Source of the DNA: Minisyncoccia bacterium
GTDB taxonomy: Bacteria; Patescibacteriota; Minisyncoccia; Phycocordibacterales; Phycocordibacteraceae
Direction of reading: 5' to 3'
Assembly: GCA_038207395.1 (NCBI GenBank)
Contig: JBBQZW010000001.1
Coordinates: forward strand, 208,862-268,293
Length of the DNA stretch: 59,432 bases
Shown here: positions 9,320-18,637 of the stretch, one piece after another
Layout: the number at the start of each line of letters is the position of its first letter
How positions within the stretch are numbered: position 1 is the stretch's first letter
Notes under the pieces: generated by a model
Database searches by the model: none
Told to the model about the DNA's origin: nothing
Seen by the model: the letters and a program-made list of their open reading frames with translations, nothing else
Position numbers and translations under genes: made by a program

Positions 9320-9550
9320 TTAGTCGCGATGTTTGACGCAGTACGCAACATTTCCCGATACCACAGCTCCACATCTAGAGCCAGTACCATAAATATACCG
9401 ACAGCCCATTAGATTGAGCTCTTCGTTTGGAGTACCGGCCCTTCGATGCTCAGCCATTCGTGCGGGTGAATGTACCGTACCAACGGGTCGTCCTCGAGTT
9501 TCTTTTTTATCTGCCGATGCAGCGCTTGATGAAATTCTGGAAGATCCCAT
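9320..9550 (-). CDS. Small basic protein with GcrA-like C-terminal Cys/His motif
   Basis: ELNLMGCRYIYG..CGAVVSGNVAYCVKH; GGAG SD before ATG 9550; RGRP motif. Confidence 0.5.
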   Translation of the reverse strand: MGSSRISSSAASADKKETRGRPVGTVHSPARMAEHRRAGTPNEELNLMGCRYIYGTGSRCGAVVSGNVAYCVKHRD

Positions 9551-9660
9551 AGGACTTCTCCATTTCTGTTTCCCATCGTCACCATACTTCATTTTACAGA
9601 AAAAGCTAGTATTCAAATACGCACCTCTAAGCTTCCCTCTTCGCGTGCTAGCATACAGAC

Positions 9661-10278
9661 ATGGAAAAATACCCTCTTACCGTTCTTGTATTAAATGCCT
9701 CACTAAAGCATGGTGATTCACCCTCAAATACTGAGGAAGTAACAAATATGGTACTGGCTCAAATGGCAACACATGCAGAGATTACGAGCGAAACAATTCG
9801 TCTTTCAGACAAACGTATCCCCGTCGGGCTTTCATATCGCGAAAGCGAGGATGATGAGTGGCCAGAAATCGTGGAAAAGATTGTTGCCGCAGATGTACTT
9901 ATATTTGCAACTCCCATTTGGTGGGGCGGGCGTTCAAGCCTTATGCAGAGAGTCATTGAACGAATGGATGCTTTTGATGAAGGAACGGTTCCTGAGGGAC
10001 GAGGTGCTCTGTTAAATAAGGTGGCAGGGATTGTTATTACAGGAAGCGAAGATGGTGCACAGGCCGTGCTCGCCGGAATGATGGAAGTACTTACCTTTAT
10101 GAACATCACGCTACCTCCACAGTGCTGTACGTACTGGGTTGGTGAGACGGGACTTGATCCAAAGACTGACGCGGAGCGAAGACGGAAGAATCCTGTGGTT
10201 GAACATATGGCGAAAGAGACGGGAAAGAATCTTGTGTATTACGCGCAACTTTTGAAAAACAACCCTCAACCGAAGTAA
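9661..10278 (+). CDS. Flavodoxin-like / NADPH-dependent FMN reductase family
   Basis: LNASLK, SNT, ATPIWWG, GSEDG. Confidence 0.85.
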   Translation: MEKYPLTVLVLNASLKHGDSPSNTEEVTNMVLAQMATHAEITSETIRLSDKRIPVGLSYRESEDDEWPEIVEKIVAADVLIFATPIWWGGRSSLMQRVIERMDAFDEGTVPEGRGALLNKVAGIVITGSEDGAQAVLAGMMEVLTFMNITLPPQCCTYWVGETGLDPKTDAERRRKNPVVEHMAKETGKNLVYYAQLLKNNPQPK

Positions 10279-10412
10279 TTACGCTGTTTGCAACCTTTCC
10301 CCTCTATACTTAGTTATATCAATCGGAGGGCATGAGGACATGAAAGATTGAGACTGGTTCGCCATTCTCGTCGCTCGGATTACCGTACGACTTACCAAAT
10401 CACTTCATCACC

Positions 10413-10658
10413 ATGCCTATTTTTCGAGCCATCGGGTTTGGGATCCTTGTCATAACGCTCCGTCTTCTTATTCCGGATGTGTTTGACGCGAGTAAGGAAA
10501 CAGCGATTTCGTTTCTGCATGGCGCGCGTATTTCAGCTGACACTGCCTCTAGTATCACTGCCTCCGCCGCCACTTCTCTTCACCCTATTTCTTCTGCAGA
10601 CTCATCTCAATCGCTTCCTTCCCTTACGCTTCCCCAAACCCCTTCCATCTCATTCTGA
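10413..10658 (+). CDS. Small hypothetical membrane-anchored protein
   Basis: N-terminal hydrophobic helix; TATACT about 100 nt upstream; hairpin downstream. Confidence 0.55.
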   Translation: MPIFRAIGFGILVITLRLLIPDVFDASKETAISFLHGARISADTASSITASAATSLHPISSADSSQSLPSLTLPQTPSISF

Positions 10659-10768
10659 CCTTTATTCACCAACCTCACGCTTGCGTGAGGTTTTTTATAT
10701 AGGGGTTAGTACTGATATACAAAAAGAGCGCAGCCTTTGGCTGCGCTCTTTTTGTATAGAACAATCTC

Positions 10769-11146
10769 CTATGCCGTCATTGAAGACGAGTTGCTGGACA
10801 TGAATCCGGCAGCAAGAAGCACAATACCAAGAACGAGGTGGAGGAAGTGGTCAGCCGTATTCATCGTAACGAGGCCGAGAAGCGCACCACCACTTGGAAT
10901 AAGAAGGAATCCGAGTACTACCAAGAGGAGGTAGACAACACCGAAGATCTTAAGCCAAAGTGCTGATTTTGCTGGTGCGGAAATCGCAACCACGAGCAAG
11001 ATGATACCAATACCGAGGTGAACAAGATCGTGAAGAGTGTTGGTCATGAAAAGACCTGACGCTCCAACGATTGGGTTAGGAACGAATCCTAGAACACCCA
11101 CGAGAACGAAGATAACACCGAATACTACTGCAAGCTTTTTAGCCAT
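10769..11146 (-). CDS. DUF4383-like membrane protein
   Basis: 4 TM; N.LHDLVHL and NTADHFLHL. Confidence 0.75.
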   Translation of the reverse strand: MAKKLAVVFGVIFVLVGVLGFVPNPIVGASGLFMTNTLHDLVHLGIGIILLVVAISAPAKSALWLKIFGVVYLLLVVLGFLLIPSGGALLGLVTMNTADHFLHLVLGIVLLAAGFMSSNSSSMTA

Positions 11147-11324
11147 AGGGATGGAAATGCTGATAGATGAATAAATAGGCTGATACCGGCATATACCGTA
11201 TCACTCCTAAAGTATAGACCCTGTTTCATGAAGGAATGCTTAAGCGTGCTAAGCGAGTGGATAAGTGCATCGGTGGCAATATCCCCTTTTAAACAGTATA
11301 GGTAAGCTAGCCTACGGCCGTCAG

Positions 11325-11849
11325 TTAAGACGATGCAAGTAACTCAAGCGCTTTTGAAAGATGCTGCTTCGTTCCTTCATCCGTAAGCTCCCCTTCTGTA
11401 GTGAATTTCTCATACACAGAAGAAAGATATATTTCTGGCTGGCCCATAACCCGAGCATCAAGATACAAAAGTATCTTACGAAGTTCTGCCTGCGCAAGCA
11501 CTGTTCCGGTGGGTGCAGGAGTAGCTCCCATTACTAACACTTTTTTTCCAATCCACGCACCTTGTCCATACGGACGACTCGTCCAGTCAAGGAGATTAGA
11601 GAGTGATGCAGGAATTGAACGATTATATTCAGGCGTTGCAATGATAATCGCATCAGCCGCTTTAATCTGATCTTTGAGTGAGGTGGCTGACTCTGGGAAT
11701 GGATTTTCAAGATCCTGACTAAAGAGTGGTAGCGCTGAATAATCCATATGCGTGAAGGTGTGCGCTGGAGCTAAGGCCGGAAGCGCCCCGAGAAGCATCG
11801 TATTAAATGAACCTGTACGACTGCTTCCTGAAATAGTAAGAATATTCAT
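11325..11849 (-). CDS. NADPH-dependent FMN reductase (ChrR/SsuE-like)
   Basis: GSSRTGSFN, TPEYNRSIP. Confidence 0.9.
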   Translation of the reverse strand: MNILTISGSSRTGSFNTMLLGALPALAPAHTFTHMDYSALPLFSQDLENPFPESATSLKDQIKAADAIIIATPEYNRSIPASLSNLLDWTSRPYGQGAWIGKKVLVMGATPAPTGTVLAQAELRKILLYLDARVMGQPEIYLSSVYEKFTTEGELTDEGTKQHLSKALELLASS

Positions 11850-11930
11850 ATAAAAATAAATGCTAAGGGTATGTATTTCTTATACCAGTCAGTATAGGGC
11901 GTACTAGTTGTGGATAGTGTCAGAACCTTT

Positions 11931-12575
11931 TTATAGGCGGTGCTTTGGTATCATGAACACAACGGCGAGCCAAAAAAGTCCAAGAAACAGCCCTGCGATC
12001 ACGTCGGTAAGGTAGTGATAATTAAGCACAAGCCTGCTCATACATACGAGAAAAATAATCAGTGCACATCCTAAGATACTCAAGAAACGCCAGAAAGGAT
12101 TTTCTACACGACGAAAAAGACATACGGCAAGAAATCCATATAAAGCGGTTGTAAGAGTGGCGTGACCACTAGGGAACGAAAAAGAGCTTGAGGGAGTGAG
12201 CCACTGAAGCACGTCTGGGCGGGCACGCTCCACAAAGGCCTTTGCAATACCCATTGAAAGAGACGCAAAGAAAAGAACGAGGAAAAGTTGGAGTATGGTA
12301 AAACGATTGCGTCTTAAAAGGTACATGGCTCCAAGCGCAATACTCGTAATACCAAACGTACTTCCAAGAACCGTAATAATGAGAAAAGGTTGATAGTACT
12401 GAAGAGTTTGCAGTGGCGCTATGATGTGTTCTGCCGCGTCATCGACCGTATCAAGAAGCAGAGGGTACTGACGTGCAAGCATCAGCATGGACACAAAAAG
12501 AAGTCCGAATGAAAGCCCAAAAATATGCCACCATGGGTCACGCGCCATGCGGGAACGCGTATACGCTGAAGTCAT
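11931..12575 (-). CDS. PAP2-family phosphatase
   Basis: K..V.R.RP, FPSGHA, SRL.L..HY..DV; start chosen from TACAAT-N6-ATG. Confidence 0.88.
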   Translation of the reverse strand: MTSAYTRSRMARDPWWHIFGLSFGLLFVSMLMLARQYPLLLDTVDDAAEHIIAPLQTLQYYQPFLIITVLGSTFGITSIALGAMYLLRRNRFTILQLFLVLFFASLSMGIAKAFVERARPDVLQWLTPSSSFSFPSGHATLTTALYGFLAVCLFRRVENPFWRFLSILGCALIIFLVCMSRLVLNYHYLTDVIAGLFLGLFWLAVVFMIPKHRL

Positions 12576-12599
12576 TGGAATATTGTAACGCATACGAAC

Positions 12600-12628
12600 A
12601 AAGACCGAAGCCTGCGGCTTCGGTCTTT
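12600..12628 (-). terminator. Intrinsic terminator
   Basis: AAAGACCGAAGCC-TGC-GGCTTCGGTCTTT. Confidence 0.65.
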
Positions 12629-12655
12629 GTTTTCTCGCACTTCCCTCAAATTGTT

Positions 12656-13357
12656 CTACTTCCCGTCAATCTCTGCTGCGATAGCGGCAAAGTATTGGTC
12701 AGTTGAAAGTCCCGTGAGTAGTTTCTTACCTACGACCGTACTTGGTGTCCCATTAATACCGATAGCGGCACCTTCAGAACGATCAGCCGCTATAGCTTTT
12801 TCATACTCGGCACGCTTACTCTTTACGAGCGCGTCTGCCTTTGCTACATCAATACCGCTAATGGTTCCTGCAAGTTTTTCTATCGAGGCTAGGTCACCGA
12901 AGCCCTGGTCACCTTCATCGTCCTGTGACTCAAACGTGGCAACGTACCACTCATAGAATTTGTCTGGCTGTGACTCCCAGAGTGCACGTCCGAAGACTGC
13001 AGCATCGAGTGAGTCTGTTCCAAGGAACTGGAAGTCCTTAAAGACAATACGAAGCTTACCTGTCTTTACATACGCATCCACAAGCTTTGGCGTAACCGTT
13101 AGTTCAAACTGCTTGCAGAAAGGACACTGATAATCGTAAAAGAGTACCATCGTGTTTGGAGCATTCGCGTCTCCGATGTATGGCACACCCTCAGTCTTAA
13201 TATTTTTAACATCCACTGCTGCAGCTGCCTTTTCAGGCTGATCTCCCGTTTTACTTCCTCCGCTTCCATAGAAGAGCGCAAAGGCGATAATAATTGCCGC
13301 TAAAAGAATAGCGATGGGAGTAAGATACTTCTCCATGAATGTTTGTCCGTGTTCCAT
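12656..13357 (-). CDS. DsbA/thioredoxin-fold oxidoreductase
   Basis: DYQCPFC, GINGTPS, N-terminal TM. Confidence 0.9.
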   Translation of the reverse strand: MEHGQTFMEKYLTPIAILLAAIIIAFALFYGSGGSKTGDQPEKAAAAVDVKNIKTEGVPYIGDANAPNTMVLFYDYQCPFCKQFELTVTPKLVDAYVKTGKLRIVFKDFQFLGTDSLDAAVFGRALWESQPDKFYEWYVATFESQDDEGDQGFGDLASIEKLAGTISGIDVAKADALVKSKRAEYEKAIAADRSEGAAIGINGTPSTVVGKKLLTGLSTDQYFAAIAAEIDGK

Positions 13358-13392
13358 ATTCGTACGTTATAACTATATAGGTATTCTAGCAC

Positions 13393-13839
13393 TTATGCCT
13401 TTTTTGAGCTTTTCTTAGGAGCAGCCTTCTTTGGTGCTGCTTTCTTAGCTACTTTTTTCACAGTCTTCTTTGCAGGCGCTGCTGATTTTGTCATGCCTGA
13501 GATTTCAGCCTGAACTGCCTTCCAGTTTTTCTTAAGCTCACGCGCTGCTGCCGTAAGATCCTTCTTGTCTACCGAACGAACTGAAGTGTAGGCAGCAGAA
13601 ACAGAATCAACAATCTGACCCATGACTTTCTGATCAAACTTCTTCACTTTCTTTGCTTCGGCTATAACGTCTGCTTTCATTCCCTTTGCCCACTTCGTAG
13701 CGGCAGCACGGTGCTTCTTAGCGTTCTTGTCACCATAGAAGTAATATCCTGCGCCGGCAGCTGCGGCAGCGAGCGCTGCAGCACCTACTCCAATCTCTAC
13801 TTTCGTCTCGGTACTCATTCCCTTTTTAGCTGGTGCCAT
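13393..13839 (-). CDS. Hypothetical protein with Lys/Ala-rich (histone H1-like) tail
   Basis: TM GAAALAAAAAGAGYYFYG; KKAAPKK repeats. Confidence 0.75.
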   Translation of the reverse strand: MAPAKKGMSTETKVEIGVGAAALAAAAAGAGYYFYGDKNAKKHRAAATKWAKGMKADVIAEAKKVKKFDQKVMGQIVDSVSAAYTSVRSVDKKDLTAAARELKKNWKAVQAEISGMTKSAAPAKKTVKKVAKKAAPKKAAPKKSSKKA

Positions 13840-13863
13840 GATGTAACAGTTTTATATAAATAA

Positions 13864-14154
13864 TTATTTTTGCGCGGTCTTTCGCGCGGACTTCTTTCGC
13901 GTACCGCGTTTTGCAGTTTTGCTAAAGAAGTTAAAGAAAGGTACAAACCGGAACCCTGCTTTGACGTCATTCCGCAGTTCATCGAGATCTGCGCGAATCT
14001 CTTCAGCTTCTTCATGCACGTTCTGTGCGATACGATTAAGCGTGATGAAGAGACGGAAAACCGCCACAAGCACCCCACCAAAAAGAGCCGCGAGTATAAT
14101 CACGGCGCCGGTCGTAACGGCAAAAAAAGCATGCATCTGAGTGAAGTCGTCCAT
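13864..14154 (-). CDS. Small membrane/coiled-coil hypothetical protein
   Basis: TM, coiled coil, basic tail. Confidence 0.65.
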   Translation of the reverse strand: MDDFTQMHAFFAVTTGAVIILAALFGGVLVAVFRLFITLNRIAQNVHEEAEEIRADLDELRNDVKAGFRFVPFFNFFSKTAKRGTRKKSARKTAQK

Positions 14155-14210
14155 ATGTTCCGGGAACGCTTATAAGTATACCGTGCCGAACATGAGGAAA
14201 TGGCTAATCC

Positions 14211-14249
14211 ACAACAAAAGCCCGGACCTTTAGTCCGGGCTTTTGTTGT
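14211..14249 (-). terminator. Intrinsic terminator of the helicase gene
   Basis: ACAACAAAAGCCCGGAC...GTCCGGGCTTTTGTTGT. Confidence 0.75.
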
Positions 14250-14265
14250 ACTCAAGTCTTGGATA

Positions 14266-15576
14266 TTACCCCGCAACAAACGTAAGTGCCTTGCCGGTCT
14301 TACCAGCGCGGCCCGTGCGTCCAATACGGTGAGTGTAATCTTCATACGTACCAGGAAGGTCGTAGTTAATTACGTGTGAGACCCCAGAGATGTCGAGTCC
14401 GCGCGCAGCAACGTCAGTTGCGACGAGAACACGCACATGACTTTGTTTAAAGAGACCAAGTGCCTTCTGACGACGTCCGTGGGTTTTGTCACCATGGATA
14501 CTGTCAGATTTAATACCTTCGCGACTAAGGTCGTTCGCAAGGCGTTCAACGCCGTGCTTCGTGCGTCCAAAGACAAGTACTTTGTCCATAGACTCATCCT
14601 TAAGAATCTCAACAAGTTTCTCGAACTTCTGCCCTGACGGGAAGTACACTACGTCCTGATCAATAGTTGATGCAGTGTCGCGGGTCTTAACAGAGATGCG
14701 AACCGGCTCGTTAAGGAATTCACCGATAAGCTTCTCAATGTCGCGTGAAAGCGTTGCTGAGAAGAAGAGGGTGTGACGATTATCTGACATCTGTGAAAGG
14801 ATTTCTTTCATGTCACCAATGAATCCCATGTCGAGCATGCGGTCTGCCTCGTCGAGAACCACTGACTGGAAACCAGACAGTGAAAGCTCTCCTCGTTCGA
14901 TAAGGTCCTTTAGGCGTCCCGGAGTTCCGATAACGAAACTAGGAGAACGGCGGAGAACACGAATCTGTGGCTCAATGTTAGCGCCTCCCACACACGTAAC
15001 GGCGTGAATGTTTAGACGCTTGGTGAAGCCGTAGAATTCTTCCTCAATCTGAATAGCGAGCTCGCGGGTTGGAACCATGATAAGTGCGCGCTGACTACGG
15101 TCTTTCATCACCTTATCAATCAAAGGAATGAGGAAAGACGCAGTCTTTCCGGTACCCGTGTTAGCGAGCCCCACAATGTCATGTCCTTCAAGGACAACAG
15201 GAATTGATTTGTCCTGAATTGGCGTTGGAAGAAGATATCCCTTTCCAATAATGTTTGCTTTGAGTGCTTCATCGATTGGGAAATCAGCGAAGGTGTTATC
15301 TGGAACGTACGCGTCTTCCTTTACTCCTACTTTTGCTTTGTTAACGAGCTGTGAAAGGTTAACTTCCATTTCCTGGTAGTTACGCTTTCCCCGTGAGCTC
15401 CCTCCTCCGTTACCTCGTGATGAAGAACCTCCTCCACGGTATGAAGAAGATGAGGAAGAACCACCTCCGGAATTTGTACGGCGGCGGGGTGAAAAATTAC
15501 TGTCTGAACCACCTCCCCAGGACGCACCACGCGGAGGTTTACGGCCGTCGAGACGGCGAATGAATGTTGTTGCCAT
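14266..15576 (-). CDS. DEAD-box RNA helicase (RhlE-like)
   Basis: GTGKT, PTRELA, DEAD, SAT, HRIGRTGR; RG/S-rich N-terminus. Confidence 0.95.
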   Translation of the reverse strand: MATTFIRRLDGRKPPRGASWGGGSDSNFSPRRRTNSGGGSSSSSSYRGGGSSSRGNGGGSSRGKRNYQEMEVNLSQLVNKAKVGVKEDAYVPDNTFADFPIDEALKANIIGKGYLLPTPIQDKSIPVVLEGHDIVGLANTGTGKTASFLIPLIDKVMKDRSQRALIMVPTRELAIQIEEEFYGFTKRLNIHAVTCVGGANIEPQIRVLRRSPSFVIGTPGRLKDLIERGELSLSGFQSVVLDEADRMLDMGFIGDMKEILSQMSDNRHTLFFSATLSRDIEKLIGEFLNEPVRISVKTRDTASTIDQDVVYFPSGQKFEKLVEILKDESMDKVLVFGRTKHGVERLANDLSREGIKSDSIHGDKTHGRRQKALGLFKQSHVRVLVATDVAARGLDISGVSHVINYDLPGTYEDYTHRIGRTGRAGKTGKALTFVAG

Positions 15577-15827
15577 TTGTTGTTGAAGTGAGTCCGGAAC
15601 GAATGCGCGTCATGTGCGCGTACCGGAAAATAAATCTGGCGAAAAAGAATGACGCTGCCAGCCCAAGCGGTCTCAAGAGTTTCTTTGAAGCTCGCGCTTC
15701 GGCTGGTGAGGTCTTCTCACCCCAGAACCTGGAGAACGGTTGTTAGGGATAGTATGACAGATTTATGAGAAAAACACAAGAACAGCCCCCGCAGTAACGC
15801 GGGGGCTTTCTAACTAATGATGGCTAC

Positions 15828-16004
15828 TTATGCCGGCGAAACAGTCGAGTTCACACTCGTAGTTTTGGTCACCGGAGCAACCATCTTCTTAATCGTACCG
15901 TTCTGCCATAGGAGCACAACGACCGTGATCAAGATGATGCTGACGATGATAGCGGCAAGCTTTTTTGAGTTACCGCCATCATAGTTGTTCTGACTATAGG
16001 ACAT
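15828..16004 (-). CDS. 58-aa single-TM protein (not in the ORF track)
   Basis: AAGGAGG SD; MSYSQNNYDGGNSKKLAAIIVSIILITVVVLLWQNGTIKKMVAPVTKTTSVNSTVSPA; hairpin downstream. Confidence 0.6.
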   Translation of the reverse strand: MSYSQNNYDGGNSKKLAAIIVSIILITVVVLLWQNGTIKKMVAPVTKTTSVNSTVSPA

Positions 16005-16086
16005 AGGAAGCCTCCTTCCGTCGCCTCCATTGACGACACCTTCAGCCTACTCTCAAATTAATCTTCGTCAATGGACGAAAGAGCCC

Positions 16087-16383
16087 TTATGTTCCCACCT
16101 CTACTCCTTTCCAGAACGCCACGTAATTCGCGAAATCTTTTCCCACTCGTTCCACTGAACCTTCTTTCGGAGCCGGGTAATACCATCCAGCATCTTCGTT
16201 ACGCTCTCCATTAACTACAACGGTATAGTAATGCGCAAGACCTTTCCACGGGCAGGTTGAGGTGTATGCGCTGTCCTCTAGGAATTCTTTATGCACTGAA
16301 GCGGGAGGAAAATACTGATTCCCTTCTATTTCAATAGTGTCATTACTTTCAGCGATGACTTCGCCATTCCATGTTGCTTTCAT
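16087..16383 (-). CDS. DUF427 family protein
   Basis: MKATWNGEVIAES..EGNQYFP..CPWKGLAHYY..W.Y. Confidence 0.88.
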   Translation of the reverse strand: MKATWNGEVIAESNDTIEIEGNQYFPPASVHKEFLEDSAYTSTCPWKGLAHYYTVVVNGERNEDAGWYYPAPKEGSVERVGKDFANYVAFWKGVEVGT

Positions 16384-16405
16384 ATGTCTTAAGTATATAC
16401 CACTC

Positions 16406-16558
16406 TTATGAAATGGGGTTACGTCCTTGAATGACACGGATAAGGAAGAGAATGATGGCAACGACCAGCAGAACATGTATAAATCCGCCAATAGTATACG
16501 AAGAAACAAGACCCAGGGCCCAAAGAACGAGAAGAATAACCGCGATAGTCGTAAGCAT
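16406..16558 (-). CDS. lmo0937/DUF5670-family 50-aa membrane protein (not in the ORF track)
   Basis: MLTTIAVILLVLWALGLVSSYTIGGFIHVLLVVAIILFLIRVIQGRNPIS. Confidence 0.85.
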   Translation of the reverse strand: MLTTIAVILLVLWALGLVSSYTIGGFIHVLLVVAIILFLIRVIQGRNPIS

Positions 16559-16617
16559 ATAAATACCGTTACAAAGTAATACCGTAACTATAAATACTCA
16601 TACCTGAAGCAATCATG

Positions 16618-16698
16618 AAGAAAACAAAAACCCACCAAACGGAGTAAGACTCGGCCTAGCGGCCCGGAGCGCTCCGTTTGGTGGGTTTTTGTTTTCTT
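16618..16698. terminator. 27-bp perfect inverted repeat after typA
   Basis: AAGAAAACAAAAACCCACCAAACGGAG / 27-nt loop / exact reverse complement. Confidence 0.7.
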
Positions 16699-16701
16699 TT
16701 G

Positions 16702-18462
16702 TTACCGCTTCAAAATCTGCTTTCGCAAACGAACTGACTTAGGCGTGATCTCGAGGTATTCGTCTTCAGACATAACCTCAAGACCGCGTTCAATGGTGAG
16801 GGTGTACGCCGGCACGAGGTTAATGGCTTCGTCCATACCTGATGAGCGCACGTTACTCTGGTTCTTTCCCTTTGTAGGATTCGCCATCATCTCTTCACCC
16901 TTACTTGTGTTTCCAATAACCATACCTTCATACACTTCCGTAGCAGGGACGATGTAGAGAACGCCACGTTCCTGAAGTCCCCAAAGCGCATACCCGAGTG
17001 ACTTACCGGTTGCCATAGATACCATCGAGCCAACCTGACGCTTCTTGATTTCACCCGCAAAGGGCTTGAAGCCGATAACCCGTGATGAAAGAATTCCTTC
17101 ACCCTTTGTATCAACAACGAACTGGTTACGGTAGCCGAGGAGTCCACGGGTTGGACCTTCGAACGTAAGACGAACCTGATTCTCATGCTGCACAAGATTC
17201 TGCATCTGGAATGCACGAGTGCCGAGGCGCTCGATGATTGAACCCTGGAACTCTGAAGGAGTATCGATAATAACCTCTTCGTACGGCTCTACCTTTACGC
17301 CCTCTTCCTCACGGATAATTACCTGTGGCTGGGAAACCTGCATTTCATATCCGGCACGACGCATATTCTCAAGAAGGATGGCGATGTGAAGTTCTCCGCG
17401 TCCTGAAACCTTAAATGCGTCCGGTGAAACAAAGTCCACTTTAAGACCGACGTTAACTTCAAGTTCTTTTTCAAGGTAGTCACGGAGCTGACGGCTCGTA
17501 ACGTACTTACCTTCGCGTCCTGCGAATGGTGAGTTGTTCACAAGGAAGTTAACCGTAATGGTTGGCTCATCGATAGCGATAGCTGCAAGCGGTTCAGCTT
17601 CGGGATCTTTGGTGATGGTTTCTCCGATGTAGATGTCTGGAAGACCTGCAATGATACAAATATCACCTGCAAATACTTCAGGAACGTCCGTACGCTCAAT
17701 ACCCTTGAAGGTGAAGATCTTAGTGATCTTTCCGGTACGAGGAGTACCATCTGGCTTCTTTACGGTAACCGTGTCCCCTGCCTTTAGGGAACCTTCGTAC
17801 ACGCGGCAAATAGCAAGACGTCCGAGGAAGTTGTCATAGGCGAGGTTAAAGGCCTGAAGTTTAGCGGGCTTGGTGAGTGCTTCTGGTGTTGATGCGGGAG
17901 GAACAAGTTCAAGAACCGTGTCGAGGAGTGGCGTAAGGTCAACGCGCTCATCATCAAGTTTCTTCATCGCAACACCTTCGCGTCCGATAGCGTACACGGT
18001 AGTGAAGTTTGACTGATCATCATTAGCACCAAGCTCAAGGAAAAGTTCAAGTACTGCTTCTTCAGCGGCACCAGGATCAGCAGCTGGCTTATCAATCTTA
18101 TTAAGAACGACGATAGGCTTAATACCGAGCTCAAGAGACTTCTTAAGTACGAAACGAGTCTGCGGCATAGGACCTTCCTGGGCGTCCACAATGAGAAGCA
18201 CGGAGTCAATGGAGCGAAGCACACGCTCCACCTCTGAACCGAAATCGGAGTGGCCTGGAGTATCCACGATATTAATCTTTGTTCCCTTGTACTCAATAGA
18301 GGTGTTCTTTGAGTAAATGGTAATACCGCGCTCATGCTCGAGTGCGTTGCTGTCCATAGACGCTCCCTCAGCAGAGGCTCCGGTCTGCTTCATGATGGCA
18401 TCGGTAAGAGTAGTCTTGCCGTGGTCCACGTGGGCGATGATGGCGATGTTGCGAATTTCCAT
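16702..18462 (-). CDS. typA: Translational GTPase TypA/BipA
   Basis: RNIAIIAHVDHGKTTL, DTPGH, NKID, GRGELH, EITPKSVRLRK. Confidence 0.97.
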   Translation of the reverse strand: MEIRNIAIIAHVDHGKTTLTDAIMKQTGASAEGASMDSNALEHERGITIYSKNTSIEYKGTKINIVDTPGHSDFGSEVERVLRSIDSVLLIVDAQEGPMPQTRFVLKKSLELGIKPIVVLNKIDKPAADPGAAEEAVLELFLELGANDDQSNFTTVYAIGREGVAMKKLDDERVDLTPLLDTVLELVPPASTPEALTKPAKLQAFNLAYDNFLGRLAICRVYEGSLKAGDTVTVKKPDGTPRTGKITKIFTFKGIERTDVPEVFAGDICIIAGLPDIYIGETITKDPEAEPLAAIAIDEPTITVNFLVNNSPFAGREGKYVTSRQLRDYLEKELEVNVGLKVDFVSPDAFKVSGRGELHIAILLENMRRAGYEMQVSQPQVIIREEEGVKVEPYEEVIIDTPSEFQGSIIERLGTRAFQMQNLVQHENQVRLTFEGPTRGLLGYRNQFVVDTKGEGILSSRVIGFKPFAGEIKKRQVGSMVSMATGKSLGYALWGLQERGVLYIVPATEVYEGMVIGNTSKGEEMMANPTKGKNQSNVRSSGMDEAINLVPAYTLTIERGLEVMSEDEYLEITPKSVRLRKQILKR

Positions 18463-18637
18463 AGTAAGTATGCTGGTTTCAATTAAAAAATGCCCGAGGG
18501 CGTAGTCCTTGTATCATACTAATTCTAACCAATTCGGTCAATCCCATCTATTGACATTTATGTCTAATTGTTATATACTTCTAAGTAAGGCTCAAGAGAG
18601 CTAAGGGAGAAATCAACTTTTACTAAAGGGGTTTCGA

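Noticed and set aside
10311-10412. About 95-nt leader before the small ORF as an ncRNA
   Set aside because: No recognisable motif or convincing structure by eye
15577-15760. Long 5' leader of the DEAD-box helicase as a riboswitch
   Set aside because: Some hairpins, but no aptamer consensus I can recognise; would need an Rfam search
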